A stretch of DNA of 62,907 bases, counting the filler, from Rhabdomonas costata (Eukaryota): NCBI GenBank assembly GCA_019059605.1. It is 39 parts of 39 records of this genome, joined end to end, with 100 filler letters (N's around TTAATTAATTAA, not from the genome) between each part and the next. Parts side by side here need not be neighbours in the genome. Positions count along the whole stretch, not along the records: positions 24,255 to 25,770 come from JAHMHO010014033.1; positions 25,871 to 27,386 come from JAHMHO010014034.1; positions 27,487 to 29,002 come from JAHMHO010014035.1; positions 29,103 to 30,618 come from JAHMHO010014036.1; positions 30,719 to 32,234 come from JAHMHO010014037.1; positions 32,335 to 33,849 come from JAHMHO010014038.1; positions 33,950 to 35,465 come from JAHMHO010014039.1; positions 35,566 to 37,081 come from JAHMHO010014040.1; 31 more parts are not named here. One strand, written 5' to 3'. The notes below the pieces were generated by a model. It was given only the letters and a program-made list of their open reading frames with translations. It made no database searches and was not told the origin of the DNA. This document shows, piece after piece, positions 25,501-38,929 of the stretch. A program made the position numbers and the translations under genes. How positions within the stretch are numbered: the stretch's first letter is position 1; each line of letters opens with the position of its first letter.

Positions 25501-26938
25501 ATATCCTCTAGACACCCCAGCCCTCTCCTCACCCCAGTTCGCGCATCCCACCCGCATCGTATTGTCCGCGTCAATTTCGTCAGAACAACGTGTGTGTGTG
25601 TGTGTGTGTGGGAGGGGGGTAACAAAATGTGACCTTTCGGACTTCATAGGTCAAAAAAGTCTCAAAAACGGATACTCTCTCTGTACAGGGCATATTTTAT
25701 GTTTTATGGTGGTGCTTCGGAGGAATGCCTTTCTTGAGATGACGCGTTCCATGTTTCGTCACACAAACCCNNNNNNNNNNNNNNNNNNNNNNNNNNNNNN
25801 NNNNNNNNNNNNNNTTAATTAATTAANNNNNNNNNNNNNNNNNNNNNNNNNNNNNNNNNNNNNNNNNNNNGTTGGTGGTGGGGCGACGGTCACCTTAAGT
25901 CACTTGAAGGTAACAAGCGGTGCTGGAAACGCTGCAGTCGAATTTTCAGGGGGTGAGAAAGTTCGCATTGCACGATATCATTTTTCTTGGACTGGGTTTC
26001 CAGTATGTGGAGTTGTGGGCATGTGCCTGACTGGTTGTTTTTCTTTGATTTCTTTGACACTGATTTTGTCGTGGCTATCGCTGGACAGCGAATTGTTGTT
26101 CGCTGCTGCTATTTTGAAACTGTAGCGAATTGCAAGTTAAGCAGAGGTAGTTGGACGTCTCAGTGCCGCTGCCAAGGCCTTTGCGTTTGCGGCCAAAACA
26201 GTTTTGGCACCCCATCCCACCCCCTTCAAGACCGAAGCAGGAGCGAAACAGAGAATCGTTGGATCATGGGCCACGGCCATTCCACAGACATCCGTATGAG
26301 AAAGCTGACCACGACTAGGCACATCACACCATGCAAGATCTTCTCGGACAGCTTCCTGATAAACATTTTGCTCTTCGACACCAAAGCGTTTGCCTGTCAA
26401 AGAGGATTGGGAGAGCCCAAAGATCGAACAGGATCGAAAAGAGTGAGGGGCGTGGGGCACGATGGAGGGAGGAGGGGGTGCGGATGCGCGTGTTTGCCTG
26501 GCTTTGGCTCAAGTCTCGTCAGCCCTGCTGTCGAATAGCTTCTGAGAGCCCCGAGTCCTCAACAACAACAACCGAGCAGCTTTTGAGCGCACGGGTCATT
26601 TTCCTCCTCATCACAGCCGTGCCAACTTTGCTGGAAGTACTTTTACTGTGAAGTCACACGAGCAAGAACGCGAGGGTGTACATGGTGCCTTCAAAACCCG
26701 AACACCGCAAATCGCACTTCTCTGAAGCCGCGTCCATGAGTCGGGTGGACGGCATTCCCACAAGGGAAGCTCTCTCCGGCCCGCACCCATTCAACGTTTT
26801 TGGCAGGGAGTCCTTCCATAATACAAGTGCGTCGTGATTTTCCTTTGCTTCCAGTGGCGCGTTTTATTTCCGTGGCGTGTCCTCTCGCTTCGTTCGCTCT
26901 ACCCCCTCTTGTCGAGTCCTGCAAGGCCGCGTTTTGGG

Positions 26939-27088
26939 ATGAATGGCATGAAGCGCGGCGCCACCGACCCTCTTCCCGACGCCAAGCGGTTTCGTGCGGA
27001 GGGAAGCAGTGCGGAGACCTCGTCCACTCCAACCTGCTTCAACTGCTTTGGACCGCATGATGGTCACTCCTGCCCAATTAAGCTCAAG
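26939..27088 (+). CDS. CCHC zinc-knuckle protein, first coding exon
   Basis: MNGMKRGATDPLPDAKRFR...CFNCFGPHDGHSCP has C-x2-C-x3-H-x4-C and an NLS-like KR motif. GT donor at 27089. Confidence 0.65.
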
Positions 27089-28047
27089 GTGCCTCTGGAG
27101 TTTCTCGGTTGAAGGTCTGATGGTGTGAGGTTCCCCTTCCCACGAAGAGTCCGTTGTGAATAAATTGACATTAAAATAAATGCTTGCTCTGTTTTTTCTT
27201 CAAGTTCTGCTTTTTCTGTTAAGTATTGTGTTCCATCACGCTGCTTCCGGCAAATTCGTGAGCTTTACTGCGGTATCCAGTTAATGAGTTCGCTTTGCTT
27301 TTTTAATCAATACCCCACTGCCTGTTCAGTTCAGCAAACGATACAGAAAAATGCACCCATGGCGAAAACACGCGAAATGCACACATNNNNNNNNNNNNNN
27401 NNNNNNNNNNNNNNNNNNNNNNNNNNNNNNTTAATTAATTAANNNNNNNNNNNNNNNNNNNNNNNNNNNNNNNNNNNNNNNNNNNNGTGGGTGGGGATGA
27501 GCTGGTGGCACTGCTGGGCGACAAACTGCGAGCACAGCGCAGGCTGTTGGGGCGCTTTGATGTCGTGTGTTGAATTGGGAAAAAGACCACTAGTGGCCGA
27601 AAAGGCGGAACACAGCACTCTACATGTAGGATGAAGCGATGATGATGATGAATGCACGTCGGAATTGGGTGCGACACAGGAGATGTGCAAAATGCGACGG
27701 AGAGGGTTGTCGCACCCCCGGCCCTTAATCACAGCGGGCTTGGATGAACCATGATTTACAGAAGCACAAACACGCTGAGGAGGGAACAAGCTCAGGGCTT
27801 GTGTCTATCTCCACTCGCTCTACTCCCTGTCCCCGGGCAAAAAAAACTGGGGGGGGGGGGGCAGAAACTGTGACCAAGCGCAAACCCGGAAGCCCGAGAG
27901 GTCAAGAGAACCATGGAGTCATATCGATTCGGGCAAAACTAGTGGTGTTGTCTACAACCTACAACTATTTAAAAGGCAATAATTGTAAAAAAAGCGAACT
28001 CCTCCAGCTCTCTGGTTCACCTTACCTCACCTCACTGATAAACGCAC

Positions 28048-28675
28048 CTCCAGGCCCTTGCCGCAGTGCCCCGTGAACAGGGCCTCCAAGTGGGCCACCA
28101 GGGGCGCGGCCACCTCGGGCCCTCCCAGTAACGGGGCCAGCTTGGTGCGCGCCCACGCGTGCACCGCGGGCAGCCATCCTAGCTCCGCGGGATCCACGTA
28201 GACCATCCCGCACCGGGACACCGTTGCAGGCGAGGCAACCGCGAGGTCTTGCACCTGACCCCACAGAACCATTATAAAAGCCCTTGACCGCCGAATGAAA
28301 ATGAGGCCACCTCAGATCCATGCGACAAGAAACAGAAGGAACACAGCCGATGATGAAAATGTTCGCAAGCACAGTAATTGTAATTCTTCCTGTCAGATGC
28401 CACATAGCCCGAGCATTCTTTCTTTCCATTCCAGACCAAAAAGGAAGATGGTGAGAAAACGTGGTAACGAAAGAATGAAAAGCATCCGGCTGAACATGAA
28501 GGCATAATGCGGATGCGGCGGTGCGGACGGGCGAGAAAGGAAGCAAAGGAGAAGTATCCACAAAGTATCCACAACCTCAAAGATCATTCGAATGGTGTCG
28601 TTCAACTTCATTCGCACCCCGTTGTCGAGGCACAGCAGCTTGGAATCGTCCAGGACACTATTAATCGACTCAATC
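28048..28675 (-). CDS. DNAH: Dynein heavy chain (probably axonemal), AAA2 region, exons 28675-28576 and 28254-28048
   Basis: IESINSVLDDSKLLCLDNG.RMKL...RMIFE|VQDLAVASPATVSRCGMVYVDP..LGW is the dynein AAA2 signature. Confidence 0.96.
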
Positions 28676-29158
28676 CTACGAAGGCCCGTCCCATTTCAAT
28701 CAAGAATGCACAAAGATCCCCAGAGTGGTCGAAAGAGCAAGTAATCGATCTCCCTTTCCATTCCAATTTCACAGCATTGAAAATGGCTGGACCATGGATC
28801 GGGGTGAGGTTTCAAAGCAAAAGAGAGAAAACCTCTCGGGAACATTTGCCATCGTTTTCCCGTCCCTTCCCGCCTCTCACCCCTCTCACTCCTCTCCTGC
28901 TTGGCTTCTTCGGTGAGATGTGTTCAGTTATTCAAGCCATTCGGGTCTTTTCTTTCAATTGTAATCTGATGCATTCACTGTGGAAACCAGATCACAAAAA
29001 CANNNNNNNNNNNNNNNNNNNNNNNNNNNNNNNNNNNNNNNNNNNNTTAATTAATTAANNNNNNNNNNNNNNNNNNNNNNNNNNNNNNNNNNNNNNNNNN
29101 NNTTGTGGTGGTGATGAAGCAGAAGGTTCTGGTCCAGGAGCAGACCACGCAGGAGGAC

Positions 29159-30555
29159 CTGCAGGGAGGCCACCTGGGCCCTCCAGTCCTCCTGCGTGGT
29201 CTGCTCCTGGACCAGAACCTTCTGCTTCATCACCTCCACCTCCGCCTTTCGTTGGTCGCATTCCTGCGAGAAACAAACGGCCGAACGAACCAAAGGCATG
29301 CAACACCACCTTCGTGCACTTAGATGAGCGATCTTTCGAACATCTCGAAGGAATAAATTGGGAGGCCCAGTTCCATTTCCAGCCTATGAAAAAGTGCGTC
29401 CCTTGCCTTCTGATGCAAAGGTGATTCCCATCGGAGCCCGCAGGACGCGTCGACCATCTGCAACCAGAACCCAGGATTTTTGAGTTAAGACATGGAGGGA
29501 TGTGGACTCTCCTAAGTGATAAACCACAGTGGCACAGAACCCTAAAAACAAGACTCGCTTTGAACATGAGGCCATTTTTAAAATCCGCAAAAAAAAAAAG
29601 GTCCAAAACGATTCCAAAGAGGCAAAAGAGTGCTGAAGGGCTGACGCAGGGTCTCGACCTGCCCCCCCCCCCGCCGCTTTTCCCATGAAAAAGCCGTTTT
29701 AGTGAGGTTCAATGCAGAGAAAAAAATGGTGCCATGGTGCTCCGCGCACACCATCAGCTGGATCTGAAGATGCCGAACCCCAAGCTCGAGGTCTTGCTGC
29801 CGAGCTGCGAGCTCCTTCTCTCTGGGACCCGCGACCGCCCACATTCTCTCCTCTACCCCTTCTTCCCTTCTTCCTCTCCCTTACAATCTTCGCCGACTTA
29901 TTTCATCGGGTGATATTTCGTGTAAGGCCAATAATGAAGAGGAAATTTGAATCCACCCACCCACCTATCCATCAGTCAAAATGCATCAATCAACCAATCA
30001 TTCTAGAACTTATGTTGCACCGAGAGCTATCTCTCGACACACTTTCAGTCCACTGCTTACCTATTCTGCCCTTCCCCCTCACAATGAAAAGGCTGAATCC
30101 AGCATTCTGAAATCTGGAAAAAGTTTGTTGAAAGCCACTTCATTTGGTGGGTTTCCCAGAAAACGGTCGGAAACCAGTGCAAGAACATTCACTCACTTTT
30201 CGCAATAAGCCGGGTAACAATGCGATGAACTGGGCTGTTCAATTTTCTGCTGGTTTCCGCAGTGCGTAAATTCATTTCGGCTTGGACTTTTCGGAATTCA
30301 CTAACACTCTTGCGCACATCCTCCCTAGCCCAATCGCCTCCCCGCCAGCCAACCTCAAGGAAAATCGATGCGAGAATATCCCCACGCAGTTTCGGGTGCC
30401 ACACCCACAGAACAAAAAGGAACTGCAGGAAGAAGATTTTGGCGAAACAACAAAGAAAATGGAGCGGGAAGTTGAGCCCACCTTTCCGCCAGGGAGGATT
30501 CCCGCAGCTCCAGCTTCTGCTGTTGCTCGTTCTGGGCCTCCTGGCAACTCTCAAC
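29159..30555 (-). CDS. Hypothetical coiled-coil protein, several short exons
   Basis: E/Q/K-rich heptad exons: VESCQEAQNEQQQKLELRESSLAER; KELAARQQDLELGVRHLQIQLM; ECDQRKAEVEVMKQKVLVQEQ. Confidence 0.55.
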
Positions 30556-30742
30556 CTGTAAGCCAAACACCCTCTAACAACCTTAGCACATCAACAACCA
30601 ACCACACACACCCAACACNNNNNNNNNNNNNNNNNNNNNNNNNNNNNNNNNNNNNNNNNNNNTTAATTAATTAANNNNNNNNNNNNNNNNNNNNNNNNNN
30701 NNNNNNNNNNNNNNNNNNGTTTTGTTTGGCCCCTCCCGGAGA

Positions 30743-31010
30743 GTGCACGGGGTTTGGAGGTGATGTACGGGTCCTCTGGGATTCTAATATAGGAATTTGC
30801 AGGGGGTCAGGTGGCACTATAGAAATTTTGTAGGGGTTAGGTAGCGATGCACGGGTCCCTGGGATTGCAATTGAAACCGTTGCAGGGGGTAAGGAGGCCA
30901 TGCACGGGTCCCTTGGGGTTGTAACTGATAAATTTGCGGTGTTTAGGTGGTCCTGGGATTGCAATGAAGCTGTTGCAGGGGGGTTTGGAGGCCATGCGCG
31001 TGTCCCTATA
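30743..31010 (+). repeat. Degenerate ~50-bp tandem repeat (core TGCAGGGGG..AGG.GGC.ATGCACGGGTCCCTGGGATTGCAAT)
   Basis: About five diverged units, with related copies on other contigs at ~33745-33795 and ~46878-46905. Confidence 0.75.
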
Positions 31011-33949
31011 CTTTCCAGGCTCCGCTGCGCTCCGCGGCCCAAAATCATAGGTGCTTTCATTTGATGGACATTAATGTTCGGGTTCCAGCGGATTGGAGAG
31101 GGGGGGGGGCATAAATGCACTTAAACAAATTGAGACAGCGTTCGTCGTGCCCGCACAGACGGGGTGCCCAACAGTAGCGGCGGCACACCGCAGCGGGCTA
31201 TACTGTCTGAGACCAGAGGGCAGGCAAACAGCAAATATATGCACATCACATTGGGGTGCACACTGGAACACAATGAAAACGACAGAAGGGGAGAATGCAC
31301 TTCTGCCGAAAAATACTCCCGATTTCCTGAAATACCTTTTGAGATTCAAAAAGAAGGCAGACAAAATTCTCAAGCTCTTATTTTACCTCATCTCATTCTG
31401 TTGAAATGTTTGTGGTCCAATAAAATCAGATCTTCAGGTACCATGATTCCGATGGAACCCATCATCAACCCAAACAAAAAAGACAGACTTCTCCAACTTG
31501 GTGTTGGAACAGGTGAGCCAGAGTCCAGCGAGGGAAGCAAAAGAACTACCATCCCGAAAAAGATCGTAGGTGTGGAAGTGTGGAGTCCGATGGAATCACA
31601 CGGTGAATCAAGCAGTGGCACAGAAAGAGAGAGAGGGTCAACATACGGGGTTCAGAACCGCCAGCTTTCCACTGTCACACTCTGGAAGCAGCTGATAAAT
31701 GATCTCTTCTTCCTGTGGTTGCAGCACAATTACACGCACAAACACTCGCCCACGAGGCATGGAGCGCAAAAACGGCGTAAAAGGGGGAGCGTTGCATCTT
31801 GACACCAGAGTACGCTGACCTCAACTCAACTTAAAAAACCAACACTTGCCAACGGAAATGGGCAGATGCCGCCGATTACAGGAGCAGGAAGCTCCGCAAA
31901 CAGCCCCCTTCCCCTCCTGCCCTCCTGAACCCCTGAACGCGAGAACATGAGCAGGCAAGCTCGAGAGGAGAAGTGCGTGGGTGACAAAGAATGTTAGCAA
32001 TAGACTAGATGAAGGCTGAGGCCATTTTGTTCATTTTTGTACAACGGAAGGCCCGACAAAACCCGACCAACACAGAAAACGACTTTGCAATAGCGAAAAG
32101 CAAACAACTCATCGAGAAGCACACACCGTTGTGGCATCGATGCCGCAGCTGTCGGAATAGAACCGGATCCAAGCGAACATGCTGGCGAAGACGTTCCGGA
32201 AGACTCCAAAGGGTCTGTCACGACCGCCCACACCNNNNNNNNNNNNNNNNNNNNNNNNNNNNNNNNNNNNNNNNNNNNTTAATTAATTAANNNNNNNNNN
32301 NNNNNNNNNNNNNNNNNNNNNNNNNNNNNNNNNNGTTGGTGTGTAACAAAGAAAATACAGAATGCACTTGGAAAATGTCGCACGGTGGGAACGATTGGGA
32401 TTTGAGGTGAATGAGTGTTCCTGTCCTTTCTCTCTGCTTCTGACTGTGACATCGCATGAGATTGCAATTTGACACACTGAGGAGAAAGGGACTGAGGAGG
32501 TGCCCTCCTCCGGTGGGAGCACCGTTCATTCTGGTCCAGAGCTAAAAACACGTTTCCTGGAAGAGGAAGCGGGACAGAGCAAAGGGTGATATTTTGCGGG
32601 TGCAGGCCCATACTAGTGAGATTGGAGGGTTGATACATATACCAAATTCGTGATGAAGAGAGACAAGGGAAAGAATAGGGGGGGGGGCGAGGAAACGGTA
32701 TGGGTGACACGGCACACATGGCACTTGTCACCAGGAGAAGCGATGCAAATGCCGTGTGTGCCGCTGAGGGAAAGCACAGCTAAGGTCCTGGAAAATGACT
32801 TTTCCGAAGGCAAACCAAAGGAAAACAGCAACGTCAATACAGAAAAAACAAGTGCAAGGTGTCTGTGTGTGCGCCTGCGAGGAGGTGGCTGGAGAGATCA
32901 GCGCAATTCAGAAGCCCATAAGCATAAACGACAAGTAGAGTGTGCGAAGACCGGAGGCCCTCGCTCAGGTTCAACTCCCAGTCCGCACACACCCACGCGA
33001 TCGCAGAGAAAGAAACGACGCCGAGTTTGCCCACTTCCGCGCTAATCTCTCCAAAACACGCTGGCGTGCTTGCGGTTGGATCGATGTTTGAATATGAAAT
33101 GGTCATCGAATATCTCTGAACCCTCCTAAACCCTGTCGCTCTTCGCAAAGTAAAGACACATGGAGAAACCAAAAAAACATACCAGAGCAGAAGAAAACTT
33201 GGCAACGAGCCTAATCATTAGGCGGTCCCCCGGTGACGTTATTGATTTATGGACGTCACCCGTTTCATTTATGGGGACATTTGTCAAAGATTGTTCAATT
33301 AAAATGTGAGCTGCACAGAGATGAGCAGTTGGGGAAAACAGCAACAAGAATCACTGAGTAAAGTGAAGTGCATCAGCTTGGGGGGGGGGAGTCGCAATGT
33401 GAAACACAGAGAGGAATTCTCAAAAGGGTCCATAATGGCTCCCTTAGGCGTCGAAACGTCTGCCTTCGCGTCCCTGAATGCTCAAAGAGATTATTCATCC
33501 TGCGGCGTGGAAATCAGAGATCACAATTATTTGGTAGGGGAAAAAGGAAATCCTGAATTCAATCAGCTGAGACATCCCCCAAAGGAAGGGAACAAAGCAA
33601 AGTCCGCCCGGCCGTAAAAAAAGAACAGTAAAACTCATTCACATTCATGGCCCCCCTCTATAAAGTTTCTGTCTCCCCCTCAGCGGGGAGGGTCCACCCT
33701 GTTTGGACTTTGAACTAGTGCCTGTATTTTCTGAGAGTGCAGGAGGTGCAGGGGGTTAGGAGGTCATGCATGTCCCTGGACCACAATTGTAACAAATCAC
33801 ATCACACCAGGTTGAGCTGCTTCAGCACAGCGGTCGCAGCACCAAAAACNNNNNNNNNNNNNNNNNNNNNNNNNNNNNNNNNNNNNNNNNNNNTTAATTA
33901 ATTAANNNNNNNNNNNNNNNNNNNNNNNNNNNNNNNNNNNNNNNNNNNN

Positions 33950-35047
33950 TGTGGGGGTTGTCGTGGGAGTCGAAGTCGGGCTCCATTTTGAGGTGTGGGA
34001 GGGCGTGGAGGTGGAAGAGGTGGTGGGCGTGAGACTGAGAGTGCCCGTGGGCGTCGGTGTGGGCGAAGATGTGGGAGAAAGACTGGGAGTCGAGGTCGGC
34101 GTGGGCGTGGTTGTGGCAGTGGGCGTGGGGGTGGAGTTGAGAGTGGGCGAGAGACTCGGTGAGAAGGTGGGAGTGGCGACGGGTGTCCGTGTGGCAGTGG
34201 GTGTGCGCGTGGAAGTCATCGATGGGGAGTATGTCGAAGTAGAAGTCGGCGTTGCGGTCGGAGACAGGGTGGGAGTGAAGGAAGGTGAGGCAGTGGGTGA
34301 GGCGGAGGGAGTGCTGCTGGGGGTAGGTGAGGAGGTAGGCGTGGCAGGGAACGTGAGGGAAGGCGTTGCCGTAGGCGTGCAGGTTGCTGTTGGTGCAGGG
34401 GAGAAAGTCGGAGTGAATGTTGGGGTGCAAGTTGTCGTGGTGGTTGGGGAGGCGGTCGTCGTGGCTGTGGGTGTGTACGACAGTATGGTGGAGGAAGTGG
34501 AAGTGGAGGAAGGCGAACAGGTAGGAGTGGGGGAGCGTGTGCCCGTCCGGCTGACGCTGGGAGTGGAAGAAGGACTTGTCGTGGCTGTGGCTGTGGGACT
34601 GGGCGTCGAAGTTCTGGTTGGGGTTGCTGTTGAAGATAGACTAGGCAAGGCGGTCATGCTTGGAGAAGAGGAGAGGCTAGGTGTCGGGGTTCGTGTGGGT
34701 GAAAACGTGTATGTACCACTTGAAGTCAAACTGTCAGTGACGGTTGGTGTGGGTGTTGTGGTTGAAGTTGTTGTGCAGGTTAGAGTGGGCAGGGGTGTTT
34801 GCGTACAGGAAGGTGTGGGGGTCGGGGTTGGCGAGGAAGTCGGTGTGGGAGAAGGGCTTTTCGAGACAGGCGCTGTGGACGACGGCGTTGGTGTCAAACT
34901 GGAAGTGCGGGAGAGAGTTTCCGTATGCGTCTGGGTCGGAGTGTTCGTCAGCGTTGGCGGGCAGAACAACAAACATAATTCAGGTTTAAGCGGTATCCTT
35001 CCCTGTGCAGTTGAGAGTATCATTAAAAGCGCAAAAAAACGTCTCAT
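33950..35047 (-). CDS. Secreted/surface mucin-like Thr/Ser/Pro-rich protein, 3'-partial
   Basis: MRRFFALLMILSTAQG looks like a signal peptide, followed by >300 aa of TPT/SPT repeats with no stop. Confidence 0.8.
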
Positions 35048-37388
35048 CCATGCAATATAAGCACAGGAGACCTAGCAAAGAGAAATAATCGTAGAGAAAT
35101 CCCAGAAAGAAAAAGTGAAAGAATTGAGAGCCTTGGGATGTATTTCTCATAGCTTTTTACCCTGCGAGCTGCTCGTTCCCTTGGCATGTTTCATTCTCGT
35201 AGCATGACATCCGCTTCGCTTTTGCGCACTTCCCTCCTATTGTTTGTGTGCTTCCTTTTGCCCTGACACATGTCCTGCCGCCAAACAACAGCCACGCCGG
35301 TCCTTTTTTCCTTGTGTTTGTCTCCCGTACACACTGCGCTCTACTTTTTGCCCCTTGTTGCTGCGACCCTGTGCATTAGTGCCTTCAGACCGGCCGGTCC
35401 GTCGTTCCCGTGTTTTTTCTTTCCCCCAACATCCGCACCGCCTGGGTCACCCTTGCTACACAACANNNNNNNNNNNNNNNNNNNNNNNNNNNNNNNNNNN
35501 NNNNNNNNNTTAATTAATTAANNNNNNNNNNNNNNNNNNNNNNNNNNNNNNNNNNNNNNNNNNNNTTGTGTGGCGAACGCTATTCACACCGTAAATAGCG
35601 TTCGCTACTCAACCAAGCACATAGAACGTTTTCCATCATCTTTGCTCTCTTTGCTCTCACTGAACCCTTTCGTGGGTACAGCATAGCAATGAGAGCAACT
35701 TGACACACGTGCATGAGAAAATGTATCCAGCACTGGGTGTAAAAAGCTTCCATGCGATCACGGAACCCCTCTGGGTATTGTTAGGTCCGTTCCGAAGTTT
35801 CTGGGTTGCGAACGCCACTCACGGCTGAGTAGCGAACGATTTTCAAGAATCTTTGGCTATTCACGGGGTGAACAGCAGGGGGGGGGGGACGAAAGAGCCC
35901 AAGGCCCACCAGTACACTTGGAGCACATGCAGCACGCTCGACAAGGAAGCAATAGGGAATGACAACAGCGGTATGAGAGGGTTGCATACCGCCAAGGCCT
36001 CTACTGGGGCCAGAAGGCTCGGTCGGCGGGATCCCCCAGGAGCCGGGGATGGGGGCTTCGCATCACCCCAGGGGCTATCCAGGCTACTTCTCTGGCAGCG
36101 CAAAGAAAATGGGGCTATGTCGAAGGTAGTGGTGCGAGTAGCCTTTGTGATTTGTGAACCGTGACAGGTAACTGCCTGTGAACAAAATTGCCTTGCGCTT
36201 CGGCAAGACCCAATGCGTCTCGAACAATGAGGAAGCGGTGACTGAGAAACAGTGCGTGTGGGTTGTGGGCGCACCCCGCTTGAAGAGTTCTCGGAAGTCA
36301 AGGGACGTAGCTGGCTGGGGCGGCGAGAGCTGATTCCCCCGGAGAACCGCTCGTCGCCCAACATGTACGGCATAGGCGAAGGGTAAGTTTCAGATAAGAG
36401 GACCCGTGAGTGAGTGGTAAAAGGCACACAAGCACACGCACACATACACACACACACTCCAGCACGAAAAAGACAGAAATGGAGAAAGGGGCACAACAGC
36501 GCGGAGAACGAAAAAGGATTTGACGGTGAGCTGAAAGGTAGGAGGTTAAAATCATTACCTGCTAAAGTCGGTGGGTGGACTGCAAGTATAGGAGTTAGAA
36601 GTCAAACACAACATGAAGGAGCGAAAAAGCCAAACAATCCAAGCAGTCGTCGTTGAAAAGCGGGTGAAGCAACGTGGACAGCAAACGATCTCTCGGTTAA
36701 AAAAACGAAGATGGCGAAAAAAAAACACAAAAATATCCGGAAAAAACAGAAAGAAGCCAAACGCGCCTCCACACGATTGTAAAAGACGAATCGAAAAAGT
36801 CTTCACGAAAGTTTCCAAGAAGCTGCATCATTACCTCTTTGCGAATGTCCCGTCTCCGCCAGCAATGGCTTATCCCGAACCGCGGATAGTGATCTCAAAA
36901 GGATTGTGCCTCAGAACTGGACTGAAGTGATAGTCTGCCCTCCTCAGAGAACTCCCGCAAGGAAAGAGCCTAGGCACCTTTTTATACCTTTCTATATATA
37001 TGCCAACACACTGTTCTCTATGAGTTCTTCTCCTCGCATCCATAACCGACTTTTTTTTTGGGGGGGGGGGTTGACCGGGGTNNNNNNNNNNNNNNNNNNN
37101 NNNNNNNNNNNNNNNNNNNNNNNNNTTAATTAATTAANNNNNNNNNNNNNNNNNNNNNNNNNNNNNNNNNNNNNNNNNNNNAGCGAACAGCAGTTTAACG
37201 ACCATTCCTATTGTAACCCCATGGCTCTCGACTCGGAAAGATGCAGTGTATCGGAGAGCTCCACTGCGCAAGTCACGGCACTGCAGGGGAAAGCCAGTGC
37301 GCTCGTAGGAAAAAAAGCAGCTATACTTCTCTTCTGTGCACTGAAAACGCATCATCAAACTCCGCAGTGGGGAGTGCTAAAAAATCAC

Positions 37389-38372
37389 CCGTCAGCTCGT
37401 CGCCGGGAATGCTAAAGTCCGTGGGCAGAATCGCGAATTTCTGCAGCTTCTGTGCATTGGAGACGCAAGTGGGCCTGCGAAAAGACGGAGGAGTGGCCTC
37501 CCAAGCAGCGGCGCTACGGTAGTACATTGAAAGAAAAGAGGTTTAGCTTGCCCTGTTGTTTCCATCCTTGACATCTCAACCTATAAAGCTGTGAGGCACA
37601 AGTACTGACAAAACCACTTCCGGCAAAGCAACATATGCCACAGTGAACCAATATAAAGGAGGCATGATGATGAAGTGTGTGTGCGTGCGCGCGCGCGCGC
37701 GTGCGTGTGTGAATGCGTGCGCCCCAACCACAGCGCAGCATCCACCCTGAGTCAGACTGCACATCGCTGCACAAAACCCAAAGGAACACACAAACGTATG
37801 CACCTCACCGGAAGATGGAATTTGGATTGGAAGGTTGCTCCATGGCCAGCCATTCCCCAGAGAAGTGGCTTTTCACGTTGCATCGCCATCCAAAATAAAC
37901 TTGGAATGGCCATATCAAGCCATTGGTATCTCGCTCATCTGTGCAATAACAAAAGAAAAAGCCGCCGCCTCGTGGTGCTTCGTTCTTCCTAACAGAGCTG
38001 AAAAGCACCCCTTGAAATTCTGGTTGGTGGCGTCTCTACCAAAGGACTTTGCTAGCCCTTTTTGTTGAACTTTTTGGCACAGAGAAGCGGCTCACATTCA
38101 ATGGGGAGTCCATCAAAGGAGGAAGCAACACACCCAGAATTGTAGGCCTTAATGCCACCTTCGATGTACCGCTTCCAGCCAGGATCGGCTTGGGCCTGAG
38201 TCACGGTGGTTACCCCCGAGCTGACCGACAGCGCCTCCCCGGTCAGCTTTTCCGAGAACGTCATGTCGGGGTTCGGAGTGGTCTTCAGGGTGAGCAGGAC
38301 GATGTTGAACTTCCGGCGGTCCCCGACGACCATGGCGTTGCTGATCGCCGGGAGAAGCCTCTTCAGCTCATC
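37389..38372 (-). CDS. ACSBG: Long-chain acyl-CoA synthetase, bubblegum (ACSBG) type, exons 38372-38134 and 37474-37389
   Basis: LPAISNAMVVGDRRKFNIVLLTLK...IEGGIKAYN|...CVSNAQKLQKFAILPTDFSIPGDELT are ACSBG C-terminal motifs. Confidence 0.92.
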
Positions 38373-38929
38373 CTGGAGGAGAGGACGACAGTCATGAGGG
38401 GTCGCAGTCGGAGTGGAATGACGCTGTGACGCGTCGGGGAACCTTACATCGACGCCACCAGTCGGGGAACCTTATATCATGCCGCAAATTGTTGGAGCCT
38501 TCTAACCCCGCGCCGCCGCACGCAGGGTGCGAAGGTGCTTCTTTTCAGGCGGCTCGTCAGCTCACGGAGGTGCTTCTAATTGAAATTTATCGCCACGGAA
38601 ATCCCCAAATCTTCTCCCAAGCAGCGTCCCCATCTCACCCCGCCAACCCAAGCCTCAACACAAACTGGCATCGCCCCTCCACACNNNNNNNNNNNNNNNN
38701 NNNNNNNNNNNNNNNNNNNNNNNNNNNNTTAATTAATTAANNNNNNNNNNNNNNNNNNNNNNNNNNNNNNNNNNNNNNNNNNNNGTGTGAAAAATTGTCG
38801 AGGGAGGAGTTCCACGGCTCCTCTCCGCTTCGCGAAGGACCGCGCTGCTCAACACCACAGCAAAAAGGTAACAACCTTAATATGCAGTTGAACGCTTTAA
38901 ACCCGAGCTGCGCCCCCCTTCCCAAACGA

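Noticed and set aside
33951-35060. 369-aa Val/Gly-rich ORF on the plus strand
   Set aside because: It is the antisense shadow of the Thr/Pro mucin ORF, which has the signal peptide.
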